Source of the DNA: Candidatus Woesearchaeota archaeon
GTDB taxonomy: Archaea; Nanobdellota; Nanobdellia; Pacearchaeales; GW2011-AR1
Direction: 5' to 3'
Length of the DNA stretch: 64,000 nucleotides
Assembly (NCBI GenBank): GCA_964498295.1
Contig: CAZCGJ010000001.1
Coordinates: forward strand, 1,669 to 65,668
Under the pieces are notes generated by a model that searched no databases, was not told the origin of the DNA, and saw nothing but the letters and a program-made list of their open reading frames with translations. How positions within the stretch are numbered: position 1 is the stretch's first letter; each line of letters opens with the position of its first letter. A program made the position numbers and the translations under genes. This document shows positions 20,284 through 29,278 of the stretch, in pieces.

Positions 20284-20783
20284 TTTCTCACCCCGTTATT
20301 ATCAGATGAAACCCACCCGACAATTTTAACATTAATAATAGAAGATCCATTGAAATAAAGATAAGTTTCATTTCTAAAAAGACACGAAATTACATTTTCA
20401 GTTTCAGTAGGATAAATAACTGCACAAGTTTGTTTCTTCTCAACTCTTTCAAGAACATCCCCTCCAACAAATGATTTAATTTCAACACCGGATTCATTTC
20501 TAAAACTAAAATCAAAATAGAGATGATAATTATCAATAATTGTTTTATTTAAATCACATTCAGAATACAAATCAAATTTAGAGTAAAAAGTATCATTATT
20601 AATAAACCCGTTCGAAACAAAACAATTCATTAAACGATCATACAGAACTTGAGTTTCATAACCTCGAATATCTACAGGAGTATTGACATATGAAGAAAGT
20701 ACAACCGTTGCCCCTCCAGCAATCAAAACCAAATAAAGTAAAAACATACCTGCATTTATTTTTTCACTAGCTTTTTTATCCAT
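20280..20783 (-). CDS. Membrane-anchored extracellular protein, possibly pilin-like
   Basis: N-terminus MDKKASEKINAG followed by a hydrophobic helix; less canonical cleavage motif. Confidence 0.4.
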   Translation of the reverse strand: MDKKASEKINAGMFLLYLVLIAGGATVVLSSYVNTPVDIRGYETQVLYDRLMNCFVSNGFINNDTFYSKFDLYSECDLNKTIIDNYHLYFDFSFRNESGVEIKSFVGGDVLERVEKKQTCAVIYPTETENVISCLFRNETYLYFNGSSIINVKIVGWVSSDNNGVRK

Positions 20784-20897
20784 TTTACAAAACTCTCCTA
20801 AGATTTATTTTATCAATTGAGAGTTTGTAAGGTAAAAATTTCATAGATTTACCACTAACATTCTTGACTGCTGCGACATAAGGGAGCATTATGCAAG

Positions 20898-21332
20898 TCA
20901 TTTTTTCACCTCAATAGAATAAAGAACTTTTTTATCAGTTGAAATTGCACTAGTAGTTACTAAATAATCACTGAAATAATTTTGAACATATCCGGCTGTA
21001 GCTCCCAAACGCAGTGAAACCATAACGCTGTGATTTAAAGGATCAATTTTAATTAAGTCCCCATAAGAACTTTCCTTCTCACCAGACCTAATAGCTATTT
21101 TATTAAGCTCAGTCACATCCAACACAAAAGTAGTATTTGGTTGAGCGCCATCAATAAGCAATGCAATTTTTTTTGCATAGATTTCTTCTTGAATCAAAGC
21201 CCCGCTCAAAGTATTTCTTGCAAATAAAAAGAAAACAACCATAAAAGCCAAAAGTAAAACGACAGAAATAATTGTAGGCCATGCAATTTCCTCACTATCT
21301 CCTTTTTTTCCAAGATTAAAATTAAACCTCAT
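20898..21332 (-). CDS. Archaeal type IV pilin-like protein
   Basis: N-terminal basic segment ...LGKKG|DSEEIAWPTIISVVLLLAFMVVFFLFA. Confidence 0.5.
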   Translation of the reverse strand: MRFNFNLGKKGDSEEIAWPTIISVVLLLAFMVVFFLFARNTLSGALIQEEIYAKKIALLIDGAQPNTTFVLDVTELNKIAIRSGEKESSYGDLIKIDPLNHSVMVSLRLGATAGYVQNYFSDYLVTTSAISTDKKVLYSIEVKK

Positions 21333-21370
21333 AAGAAAACAAACGAAGAGAGAATTATAAACTTAACGAC

Positions 21371-22387
21371 TTAAAGATTCTCAAAAGAATCTATGTTCCA
21401 TTGTGAAAAACCTTCTAAACTATAATTAGTTAACATTAATCCCCCAACATGATTACTACAAGGATCCGTATTTTTAGGATCATTACAAAAAGAACTATCT
21501 ACGAACCATTTCTTGAAAATAGAATCGCCAGCATTTGAACCGAGAACAAATCCTCCTCCAATAAGAATTCTGGCGCCCAATCCTTTTGTAAAATAAGCAC
21601 CAACAGCACCAGCACTCGCACCCGCAACCCCTCCAATTCTTTGAGCAAAACTAGTAAGAGTAGATTCAATATAAACAATAGACTTAACACCCTCTAAAGA
21701 AGTATTATCATTTAAAGTTGCACTCTTGACGTCTGAAACGACTAATGAGCCGAACAACTCCTGAGCGCTCTGACCCTCATAAGTCCCCCTTAAATAATCC
21801 ATATAACTATAATTATTATTAGGGACTTTATGGCTAACCATATAAAACATTAAGCCAGTAATATTCCTAATATCATCTTCATTTCCAGAGACACCATCTT
21901 TCCCATCTAAAACACTGTTATCGAACTCAATCTTATCACAAATAATTCCTTTAGAAGTAAAAGTCTTTGAATCAAACTCTCTAGAAAATATTTGTAATTT
22001 GCCCTCTCCGAACATTCCCCAGCAATCGGCCATTTCCCTAGATAAGAACATTTTTATTTGATCTTTCCTAGCTTCAACAGTTGTACCCGTCAATTTCATC
22101 GTATTGAATTCTTTTCCTAACTGAGTACAGTTTCCACGGCCAGACTTAGCAGTAACACAAATTTTAGTAGTTTTACATCTAATACTAATAGCATCTTTTG
22201 CGTTTACGCTAACACCTCCGACCTCACTAGGAACCGTAGCTCTCAAAATAATAGAAGCCTGACAAGCAGATCGATCAATAGTATCGCTAGTTGGAAAAAA
22301 GATTGCAATAACCACAAACACAACTAAAGTCATAACAGCAATAATAATACTTACAACAAACCAATTTATATCTCCTCGTTTATTCAT
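21371..22387 (-). CDS. Archaeal type IV pilin-like protein with a Cys-rich ectodomain
   Basis: N-terminus MNKRG|DINWFVVSIIIAVMTLVVFVVIAIFF. Confidence 0.55.
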   Translation of the reverse strand: MNKRGDINWFVVSIIIAVMTLVVFVVIAIFFPTSDTIDRSACQASIILRATVPSEVGGVSVNAKDAISIRCKTTKICVTAKSGRGNCTQLGKEFNTMKLTGTTVEARKDQIKMFLSREMADCWGMFGEGKLQIFSREFDSKTFTSKGIICDKIEFDNSVLDGKDGVSGNEDDIRNITGLMFYMVSHKVPNNNYSYMDYLRGTYEGQSAQELFGSLVVSDVKSATLNDNTSLEGVKSIVYIESTLTSFAQRIGGVAGASAGAVGAYFTKGLGARILIGGGFVLGSNAGDSIFKKWFVDSSFCNDPKNTDPCSNHVGGLMLTNYSLEGFSQWNIDSFENL

Positions 22388-22560
22388 AAAAAAAAGAGCA
22401 TATATCTCTTTTTATATTTATCCTAGCTTAGTAAAATAAGTGGCAATATAATAAACACCATAAGCCAATAACGCCAAAAGTAAAATTAAACCAATCTTCA
22501 CAACTAAGCTTTCTCCAAGATTATCTGCCATCTAAAACATGAGCAAAAAGAGTTAATAAA

Positions 22561-23904
22561 TTATTCCATACTTCTAAGAGAAACAGTATTTTGACCATTA
22601 GGATAACTAAAAACAAAATAGTCCCCGGTAATAGGATAAGAACCATCTAATATAAAAGAAACATTATACAAATAAACCAAGGAACTGGGATTAAAATTTT
22701 CAATCTCGGGCTCACCAAACAATAAATAAGAGTAAGACTCTAAAGGATTGCCTTCATGATAAAAAGTAATATTATACTTATTTACCTGGTTTTTTAAATT
22801 AGACAAATACTCCTTAAATGAATCCTTCGCACAATTTGTTTCAAATATAAAATAAAATTGATCATATCCTAACTTATTACTATAACTCTCATAACCTATG
22901 TTTTTTATACTACACGAAACATCAGTTTTATCTAACTTAAAAGAAAGACCTTTCCATTTTTGAATAGGGCACCTACTTCCACCACCCTCTAAATATGTCT
23001 TTGAGCAATCCACAGTATCCCACTCAACACTAATCTCTAAATCACATTTTGTAGAGTCCTTACCTGCTAAAACGTCTTCATTCAAAAAACAAGAAAAGTT
23101 TGCACTAGTATCTTGTATTGATAAAATATTACATTCAGGAACAGAATCATGAGGGACATACTTAACATTCTGTAAAAAAGAATCATCACAGACAAAATCA
23201 AAACGAATAACAGAATCTCTAAGTAATTCTAATTTACAATCTTTGAAGCTAGGATTGATATTTCTAACTAAAAATCTTCCATCAGATTTTATAAGTGTTT
23301 GATCATAGTATATAGAATCTGTAGAAAAAGAACAACCAGGATTTTGGGAACCATAAATAGTCCTAATAGCACCACCAAGACTACTTGGATAAAGTTTTAC
23401 CACACTAGATCCTTTATCTACTTGCAACCCGTATGGGACTTGAGTAATTTGCAAGCAATTAGCAATAGAACCCCAACTATTTACACAGCTAGTAGAAATA
23501 CTTGCATCTAAATTAATAGACTTACAAATATTTTGTGCTTTACAAATACCAAAAACTTTATTTTGTAAAACAGGATCAACAATAACACTCGAAGAGTATA
23601 GCTTACTTATTGGAGAACAAAAACAAACCTCTGTATTATTTGCCATAATAACCCATCCTTTAGGACTTTCAATAAAAACCTCCTTTGTTTGACCATCCGT
23701 CATTTTTCCAATCTCATAAACAATAGTATCAAGAGTATTTCTTGCCTGCTCCTCTTTCAAATTACTAGCAACAATCTTCCCCAATGCAAATAAAATAAAT
23801 AAAATAAAAATAAAAACGCCAATTCCAATTACTAATTTTACTATTTCTTCAACAGCTAAAGTTCCGCCCCTCTTTGACCTCATAAAAATAAGAAAAGAAC
23901 ACAA
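22561..23904 (-). CDS. Large (447 aa) pilin-like protein with a Cys-rich ectodomain; first gene of the co-directional cluster
   Basis: N-terminus ...MRSKRG|GTLAVEEIVKLVIGIGVFIFILFILFAL; the true start may be the Met at 23883. Confidence 0.55.
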   Translation of the reverse strand: MCSFLIFMRSKRGGTLAVEEIVKLVIGIGVFIFILFILFALGKIVASNLKEEQARNTLDTIVYEIGKMTDGQTKEVFIESPKGWVIMANNTEVCFCSPISKLYSSSVIVDPVLQNKVFGICKAQNICKSINLDASISTSCVNSWGSIANCLQITQVPYGLQVDKGSSVVKLYPSSLGGAIRTIYGSQNPGCSFSTDSIYYDQTLIKSDGRFLVRNINPSFKDCKLELLRDSVIRFDFVCDDSFLQNVKYVPHDSVPECNILSIQDTSANFSCFLNEDVLAGKDSTKCDLEISVEWDTVDCSKTYLEGGGSRCPIQKWKGLSFKLDKTDVSCSIKNIGYESYSNKLGYDQFYFIFETNCAKDSFKEYLSNLKNQVNKYNITFYHEGNPLESYSYLLFGEPEIENFNPSSLVYLYNVSFILDGSYPITGDYFVFSYPNGQNTVSLRSME

Positions 23905-23955
23905 ATTATAAACTTAACTAAAAATATATAAATAATAAAGATTAAGAAAAAAATA

Positions 23956-25287
23956 ATGAAAGGATTAGAAAACCTACTCAAACGAACAGGAAGATATCTC
24001 GCGTCTACAATTTCTGCAATAGCCCTTTATTCTTCCGCTCAAGAACCTGCTAAAATAGAAGTAGCAAAAGATGGAAGTTGGAAAAAAACCTCGGACATAA
24101 CTCTTTATTTTCAAAGTACTACCGGTTCGCAAGGAAGAGATCCTTCAAAAAACCCATATAACCAATCTAAAGCAATGGCGTGTTTTGTAGGAAGAAATAA
24201 TCCGGATGGAAGCCTGACAATAACTTATTTAACAACTGATCCTGAAAACCCTTCAAAAGATGCAGCATATGCCTCGTTTAATTCATCATATGTATCTTTT
24301 CTTTCCAGCCAAAATTTGGAAGCAAGAGTTTCACAGAGAACAATTCTTATGGATGCTGGAGGAAATATCTCTTTCGAAAAAGCACAGCTTAAAGAGGAAG
24401 TAACAAACCCTCTGATCTGGGTCGGTCAAAAAATATATGAAAAAGCAGATGAATATGACCCTGTAAAAAAAATAGGAGACGAAAGCGGATTTTTTAGCGG
24501 AGGCACATTAGATATAATCAGAAACTATGCCGATTCATTTGAAAAAACCTCTAATGAAGGTTTAGAAAAAGTAAAGGGAAAAGAAATAAGCATAAACCAA
24601 ATACCTAAGAGATCTAGAACTTCTTGGATAACTACGACAAAAAAAGAAATAGGTACAGAAACTACGCTTGTATTCTTAGGAGATAAAGAAGGAAAAACAA
24701 AAATTAGTGTTTATTATGACATCGGTCTAATGAAAGGAAGAGATACGGGAAGAACAAAAGCCTATACAGGTTTAATAGAAGTAAAAACATCGGCAAAAGA
24801 ACAAACACAAACTTGTTTAGAAAAAGGAACAGGTACAAGCAATCCCTTAGAGGGGTTTTGGAGAGAAAAAGAAAATAAGAACAGTCTAGTATATATCACT
24901 CCAAAAGGAATTTTTATTTCTCTTCCAGAAATGCTATTTGAAAATAAATATACTTTAATGGCAATAGCTAATAATTCTAAAAAAGAAAAAGAGATATATG
25001 TATCTAGAATAAAAGATAGCAAGTTCAATATTGATATTAGAGAAACTGGAAAAGTAGAACAGATAAGCAACCAACAAATAAAAGCAGCCTGTATAATTGC
25101 AAACGCACCAGATATGGAAATAACCTTAGAAAGAGCTCCGGAATTAAACAGAGGACTAGAAGAAATCACTCAATCAGAAACACAATCTGGAAATGATCAG
25201 GCAAAACCAATAGAAAAGCCAAAATCTACACCGCCAAAACAAACAACAGGCCCTTCCTATGATATTAGAAATTGGATGAAGAAATAA
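23956..25287 (+). CDS. Hypothetical secreted protein (443 aa) inserted between two pilin-like transcription units
   Basis: Signal-peptide-like N-terminus; no recognisable domains. Confidence 0.45.
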   Translation: MKGLENLLKRTGRYLASTISAIALYSSAQEPAKIEVAKDGSWKKTSDITLYFQSTTGSQGRDPSKNPYNQSKAMACFVGRNNPDGSLTITYLTTDPENPSKDAAYASFNSSYVSFLSSQNLEARVSQRTILMDAGGNISFEKAQLKEEVTNPLIWVGQKIYEKADEYDPVKKIGDESGFFSGGTLDIIRNYADSFEKTSNEGLEKVKGKEISINQIPKRSRTSWITTTKKEIGTETTLVFLGDKEGKTKISVYYDIGLMKGRDTGRTKAYTGLIEVKTSAKEQTQTCLEKGTGTSNPLEGFWREKENKNSLVYITPKGIFISLPEMLFENKYTLMAIANNSKKEKEIYVSRIKDSKFNIDIRETGKVEQISNQQIKAACIIANAPDMEITLERAPELNRGLEEITQSETQSGNDQAKPIEKPKSTPPKQTTGPSYDIRNWMKK

Positions 25288-25324
25288 TTAGAAACAAACT
25301 AAATCTACAGCATTAAAAGAATAA

Positions 25325-25924
25325 TTATTTTTTAGAAACAACTTTTTGATAAAAATGAAATTGCCCATTTGAATCTAAGATAAAGGTATTCACTTCGGTA
25401 GGAAGTTTAAACACATTAGAGCAAGAACTAGGCAAAGTATGTTGACCCACAATAATATCACAAATAAAAGTATCGCCTATCCCTTCTGTACTAAAAAGAG
25501 AAACCTTTGCACGAGGAAAAAAAGAATATTTCTTAAAATAATACTCTTGCATTTCAGGTCCGGCAGGCCAATTTGCTAAAATACAATAAGAAGTACCTAG
25601 AGACCACCAACAATCTTTATTAGAAACATTGTAAGAAACCTGCCATCCAGAAACTTCAACTAAACTTTCATCATTTTGGATGACAATAGCTCCATTCTGT
25701 TCAATAACACCAGGAACAAGCTCATCAGTGCCGTTAATTTCATTGTATTTTTCTCCCTGACTAGTATTCATGCTAGGGAGCCATCCTTTGATTATATCTC
25801 CCCAACTTGCTTTCATAAAAATAGGAGTAAGAATCAAAACAATTAGCAATAGTCCTAGAAACAAATACATCATTTCAGTCCAACCCATTTCAAAACCTTT
25901 TTTGTTTTTTATAATAGACCTCAT
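25325..25924 (-). CDS. Archaeal type IV pilin-like protein
   Basis: N-terminus MRSIIKNKKG|FEMGWTEMMYLFLGLLLIVLIL; its ATG overlaps the stop of the upstream small pilin ORF (ATGA). Confidence 0.6.
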   Translation of the reverse strand: MRSIIKNKKGFEMGWTEMMYLFLGLLLIVLILTPIFMKASWGDIIKGWLPSMNTSQGEKYNEINGTDELVPGVIEQNGAIVIQNDESLVEVSGWQVSYNVSNKDCWWSLGTSYCILANWPAGPEMQEYYFKKYSFFPRAKVSLFSTEGIGDTFICDIIVGQHTLPSSCSNVFKLPTEVNTFILDSNGQFHFYQKVVSKK

Positions 25925-26088
25925 TTAAAACAACCCCCGAAACGCATACAATCATAAAACTTAGATAAGTAATTAGAAATAGTATCCCTAGCAAAAAACA
26001 AAATAAGCGCTGCAACAACCAAACCAATTATTGCAAGTATCATCCAAATACCTTGTAAAGTTATTTGACCTTTTTTTATCAACCTCAT
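25921..26088 (-). CDS. Small (55 aa) archaeal pilin-like protein, absent from the ORF track; candidate major pilin
   Basis: Hand translation gives MRLIKKG|QITLQGIWMILAIIGLVVAALILFFARDTISNYLSKFYDCMRFGGCFK: a class-III signal motif with Gln at +1, one long hydrophobic helix and a short tail. Confidence 0.6.
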   Translation of the reverse strand: MRLIKKGQITLQGIWMILAIIGLVVAALILFFARDTISNYLSKFYDCMRFGGCFK

Positions 26089-26198
26089 AGAAACATAACA
26101 GCTAAGAGATTAATAAATCTTTATGTGCCTGAAATGCCGTATTTTAAATACAAAGAATTCATTACAATACCCTTACAAGTAACCTTTATATAATCCAA

Positions 26199-26735
26199 AT
26201 GACTTTAACAAGTATGGAAAAAATAAAGGCAACATTTATGTCTGAAAAAGTATTCTCCAACACAAAAGAAGCATTTGAGTTATTTGAATCACAGAGATTT
26301 GGAGAAAAAACCGGAGAAAAAGTCTATTATATTTTACAAGAAGCCTTGCTCCTAGTTGAAACTAAAAAAATGGAAATTTTTGACTCAAAGGACAAAAAAA
26401 TTCCAGAAAAAGATTTGCTTAAAAAATTTGAAAAAATAGACAAGAAATTCAAAACAAAATATTTTGTTTTTAGAGACATGAGACAAAAAGGATTTATTGT
26501 TAAAACAGCACTAAAATTCGGAGCAGAATATAGAGTTTATGAAAAAGGAAAATCAATTAGCGAAGAACACTCAAAATGGTTATTATTCCCTGTATCCGCT
26601 ACTCAAAATATGACCTGGCAGGACTTTTCAGCAAAAAATAGAATAGCACACTCGACTAACAAAAAGCTTTTAATTGCAGTAGTTGATGAAGAGAATGCAG
26701 TCTCATATTATGAGGTAAACTGGTTGAAAATATAA
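26199..26735 (+). CDS. endA: tRNA-splicing endonuclease (EndA) catalytic subunit
   Basis: C-terminal catalytic domain with YFVFRDMRQKGFIVK...AEYRVYEKG...HSKWLL (Tyr/His/Lys triad context). Confidence 0.7.
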   Translation: MTLTSMEKIKATFMSEKVFSNTKEAFELFESQRFGEKTGEKVYYILQEALLLVETKKMEIFDSKDKKIPEKDLLKKFEKIDKKFKTKYFVFRDMRQKGFIVKTALKFGAEYRVYEKGKSISEEHSKWLLFPVSATQNMTWQDFSAKNRIAHSTNKKLLIAVVDEENAVSYYEVNWLKI

Positions 26736-27775
26736 TGGCAAAAATTGATGTGAGTGAAGTAAAAAAAAGGATTTTAGAATTTCTGAACAATAATGGACCG
26801 AGTCTTCCAGTTCCAATAGCAAAGCATATAGGCCTACAACCCATGTTTGCCTCAGCAATCCTCTCTGAATTACTAAATGAAAAAAGAATAAAAACAAGTT
26901 CAATGAAAATAGGCACTTCTCCTTTATACTTAATTCCAGGGCAAGAGTATAAATTAGAAGCATTCACTGAAAATCTCGGAGGCGTAGAAAAAGAAGCCTA
27001 CCTTTTACTTAAAGATAACAGACTAATTGAAGATCAAGCACAAGAACCCAGAATAAGAGTTGCATTAAGAAGCCTAAAGGATTTTGCAATACCTACTCAG
27101 ATGAATGATAAGCTATTCTGGAAATATTTCACAGTCTCAAATAATAAAATCAAAGAAGCATTACGAGATGAAGGAGAAGTAGCTATCGGAGAAAGAGTTG
27201 TAGGTCAACAAATTTGGGAAGATATAAAGAAAGAAACACCGAATAGAGATTTAATTGTAAAACCCTATCAAGAACCCAAAGTAGAAGAAATTTTGACAGA
27301 AACACATGAAAAAATTGTAACAATATTATCCAAAGAAGCTGAAAATAGAAAACCAGAAATTAAAGAAATTATAATTGCTAGAGAAGAAGAAATCCCTAGA
27401 GAAACTGCAAAACTACTAGTACAAGAAACAAAGCAAAATGAGCAACCCAAAAAGATAAAAAAACTTACAGAAAAAGAAATATTCTTAGAGCAAGTAAAAC
27501 ATGTCCTAAACTCAAGAAATATAGAACTTTTAGAAGTCATCCAATTAGATAAAAAGCAAGTCTTGGCAAAAGCGAGAGTAAATGTTGATAAGAATTGTAT
27601 CTTGTATTTCATAGATAAAAAGAAACCTGATGAAAAAGATATGCTAAAAGCATTCAAAAAAGCACAAGAGTATAATTTACCCTATTATATTTTCACCCAG
27701 GCACAACCTCCGAAAAAACTTAAAGAAACCGCAGATCTTTACAAGGCACTTTTGGGTTTCGGAAGTATTGAGTAA
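26735..27775 (+). CDS. Winged-helix protein with a Lys/Glu-rich C-terminal region; translationally coupled to endA (TAATG)
   Basis: N-terminal wH-like segment KRILEFLNNNGPSLPVPIAKHIGLQPMFASAILSELLNEKRIK; no catalytic motifs. Confidence 0.4.
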   Translation: MAKIDVSEVKKRILEFLNNNGPSLPVPIAKHIGLQPMFASAILSELLNEKRIKTSSMKIGTSPLYLIPGQEYKLEAFTENLGGVEKEAYLLLKDNRLIEDQAQEPRIRVALRSLKDFAIPTQMNDKLFWKYFTVSNNKIKEALRDEGEVAIGERVVGQQIWEDIKKETPNRDLIVKPYQEPKVEEILTETHEKIVTILSKEAENRKPEIKEIIIAREEEIPRETAKLLVQETKQNEQPKKIKKLTEKEIFLEQVKHVLNSRNIELLEVIQLDKKQVLAKARVNVDKNCILYFIDKKKPDEKDMLKAFKKAQEYNLPYYIFTQAQPPKKLKETADLYKALLGFGSIE

Positions 27776-27826
27776 TCCAAAATAACAAACCTTTTAAACC
27801 CTTAAAATTAGCTAAATATATCAAAA

Positions 27827-28027
27827 ATGGGACGAATCAAAACAAAACCAATCAAAAGGGCAGGAGCAGGATTAGTTGAAGCAGCTCCAGAATTGTTTAA
27901 CTCTGAATTCGACCACAACAAGAAAGTATTAGGAAGAGACATGCCTAGTAAGAAAGTAAGAAACATGATTGCAGGATATATCACAAGATTCAAGAGAAAC
28001 ACTAAAAAAATAATCCAAGAAGAGTAA
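27827..28027 (+). CDS. rps17e: Ribosomal protein eS17 (S17e)
   Basis: MGRIKTKPIKRAG... N-terminus and size typical of eS17. Confidence 0.8.
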   Translation: MGRIKTKPIKRAGAGLVEAAPELFNSEFDHNKKVLGRDMPSKKVRNMIAGYITRFKRNTKKIIQEE

Positions 28028-28034
28028 TTCTACA

Positions 28035-28325
28035 ATGAAATATAATAAAGAGGATAATGTGATTTTCATCGGCAGCAAGCCTTTAATGAGTTATGTTACA
28101 GGAATTGTTATGCAATTTACTACTCAAAAAGCTAATGAGGTAAAAATAACTTCTAGAGGAAAATTCATTTCAAAATGCGTTGACGTTGTTGAAGTTGCAA
28201 CAAAAAAATTCTTAAAAGAACTCAATATTAAGGTAAAAGAAATAAAAATCGACAGCCAAGAATTTGAAAACAAAGAAGGCAAAAAAGTAACTGTCTCCAC
28301 TATGGACATTATTCTATCAAAGTAA
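28035..28325 (+). CDS. albA: Alba (Sso10b) chromatin/RNA-binding protein
   Basis: NVIFIGSKPLMSYV...KITSRGKFISKCVDVVEV...VSTMDIILSK matches the Alba fold signature. Confidence 0.8.
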   Translation: MKYNKEDNVIFIGSKPLMSYVTGIVMQFTTQKANEVKITSRGKFISKCVDVVEVATKKFLKELNIKVKEIKIDSQEFENKEGKKVTVSTMDIILSK

Positions 28326-28464
28326 ATATTTCTACAAATTATTTAAAGCTAAAAGAATTCGCACCATAAAGCTATAAAATTCTTAGTAGCCTCAAATTAA
28401 TTTGAAATAATCAGATACATATCTCCGATTGATTTAAAAAAATAAAAACTTTTGGAGGTTTTAT

Positions 28465-28593
28465 TTACTCAAACTTAGTAGAGTGAATCATCTTCAAAAC
28501 CGCTACTTCTTCAGGCATTAGCTCATCGTCATCGAGAGCTACGGAGGCATCTATATATGCTCTTCCTCTACCCGAAGAGTACACCTTTCTCAT
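28465..28593 (-). CDS. Small (42 aa) ORF not in the ORF track, with a strong GGAGGGG Shine-Dalgarno
   Basis: Hand translation MRKVYSSGRGRAYIDASVALDDDELMPEEVAVLKMIHSTKFE; RBS 7-8 nt upstream; function unknown. Confidence 0.35.
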   Translation of the reverse strand: MRKVYSSGRGRAYIDASVALDDDELMPEEVAVLKMIHSTKFE

Positions 28594-28867
28594 TTGTACC
28601 ATTCTTGCCCCTCCATCATTGTATTTAGTTATTCTAGAAAATTAAAACTGCTTCAAGCAAGACCTTCAGATATTCTTAGATTGTAGTGTTATAGAAAGAT
28701 AATCCGAAGGTCTTGTCAAGAAATCAATAAAAAAACCCTAGAATTGAAACAGGTGTGACTGAGGTATTCTTCAAACATCTAATACTCCAGTGCATCTGCA
28801 TACAAAAAACAAGTATAACTAGTATATAAATATAGTGATGTTACTCGAGAAAAACAAAAAGACAAGC

Positions 28868-28875
28868 TTTTTATA
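28868..28875 (+). promoter_or_regulatory. TATA-box-like element (TTTTTATA) about 30 nt upstream of tRNA-Met
   Basis: A/T box at archaeal promoter spacing relative to the tRNA 5' end. Confidence 0.4.
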
Positions 28876-28902
28876 GGATTAAAATACCATAATAAAATAC
28901 GA

Positions 28903-28974
28903 GGCTCGGTAGCTCAGTGGTAGAGCATTGCTCTCATAAGGCAGGGGTCGGGAGTTCAATTCTCCCTCGAGCCA
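28903..28974 (+). tRNA. tRNA-Met (anticodon CAT; could alternatively be the tRNA-Ile2 precursor)
   Basis: Hand-folded cloverleaf: acceptor GGCTCGG/TCGAGCC, D-arm GCTC-AGTGGTA-GAGC, anticodon loop CTCATAA, T-arm GGGAG-TTCAATT-CTCCC; no encoded CCA. Confidence 0.85.
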
Positions 28975-29029
28975 TGAATCTAAAAATTCTAATTGAAACA
29001 TTTATATATTCAAAGATATTCCTTAAAGT

Positions 29030-29272
29030 ATGGTTTTAAATGAAACAGCAAATCTAACAGCAATAGAGATTGTGAAAACAATTTCACCATTAGTTAGCGG
29101 AAACCTATTGCCTTTAATGAATATTCTTAAAGCAGCAGGAATTATTTTTATTATTTATCTCATTCTCCTAGTAATACAACTTATAACAAGATTTAGAGAC
29201 AGCAGAAGACTAAAAAGAATAGAAAACAAATTAGATATACTTCTTGAAAAAGATACTAAAAAGAAAAAATAA
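29030..29272 (+). CDS. Small membrane protein (80 aa)
   Basis: One long hydrophobic helix followed by a basic tail. Confidence 0.3.
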   Translation: MVLNETANLTAIEIVKTISPLVSGNLLPLMNILKAAGIIFIIYLILLVIQLITRFRDSRRLKRIENKLDILLEKDTKKKK

Positions 29273-29278
29273 ATATTA

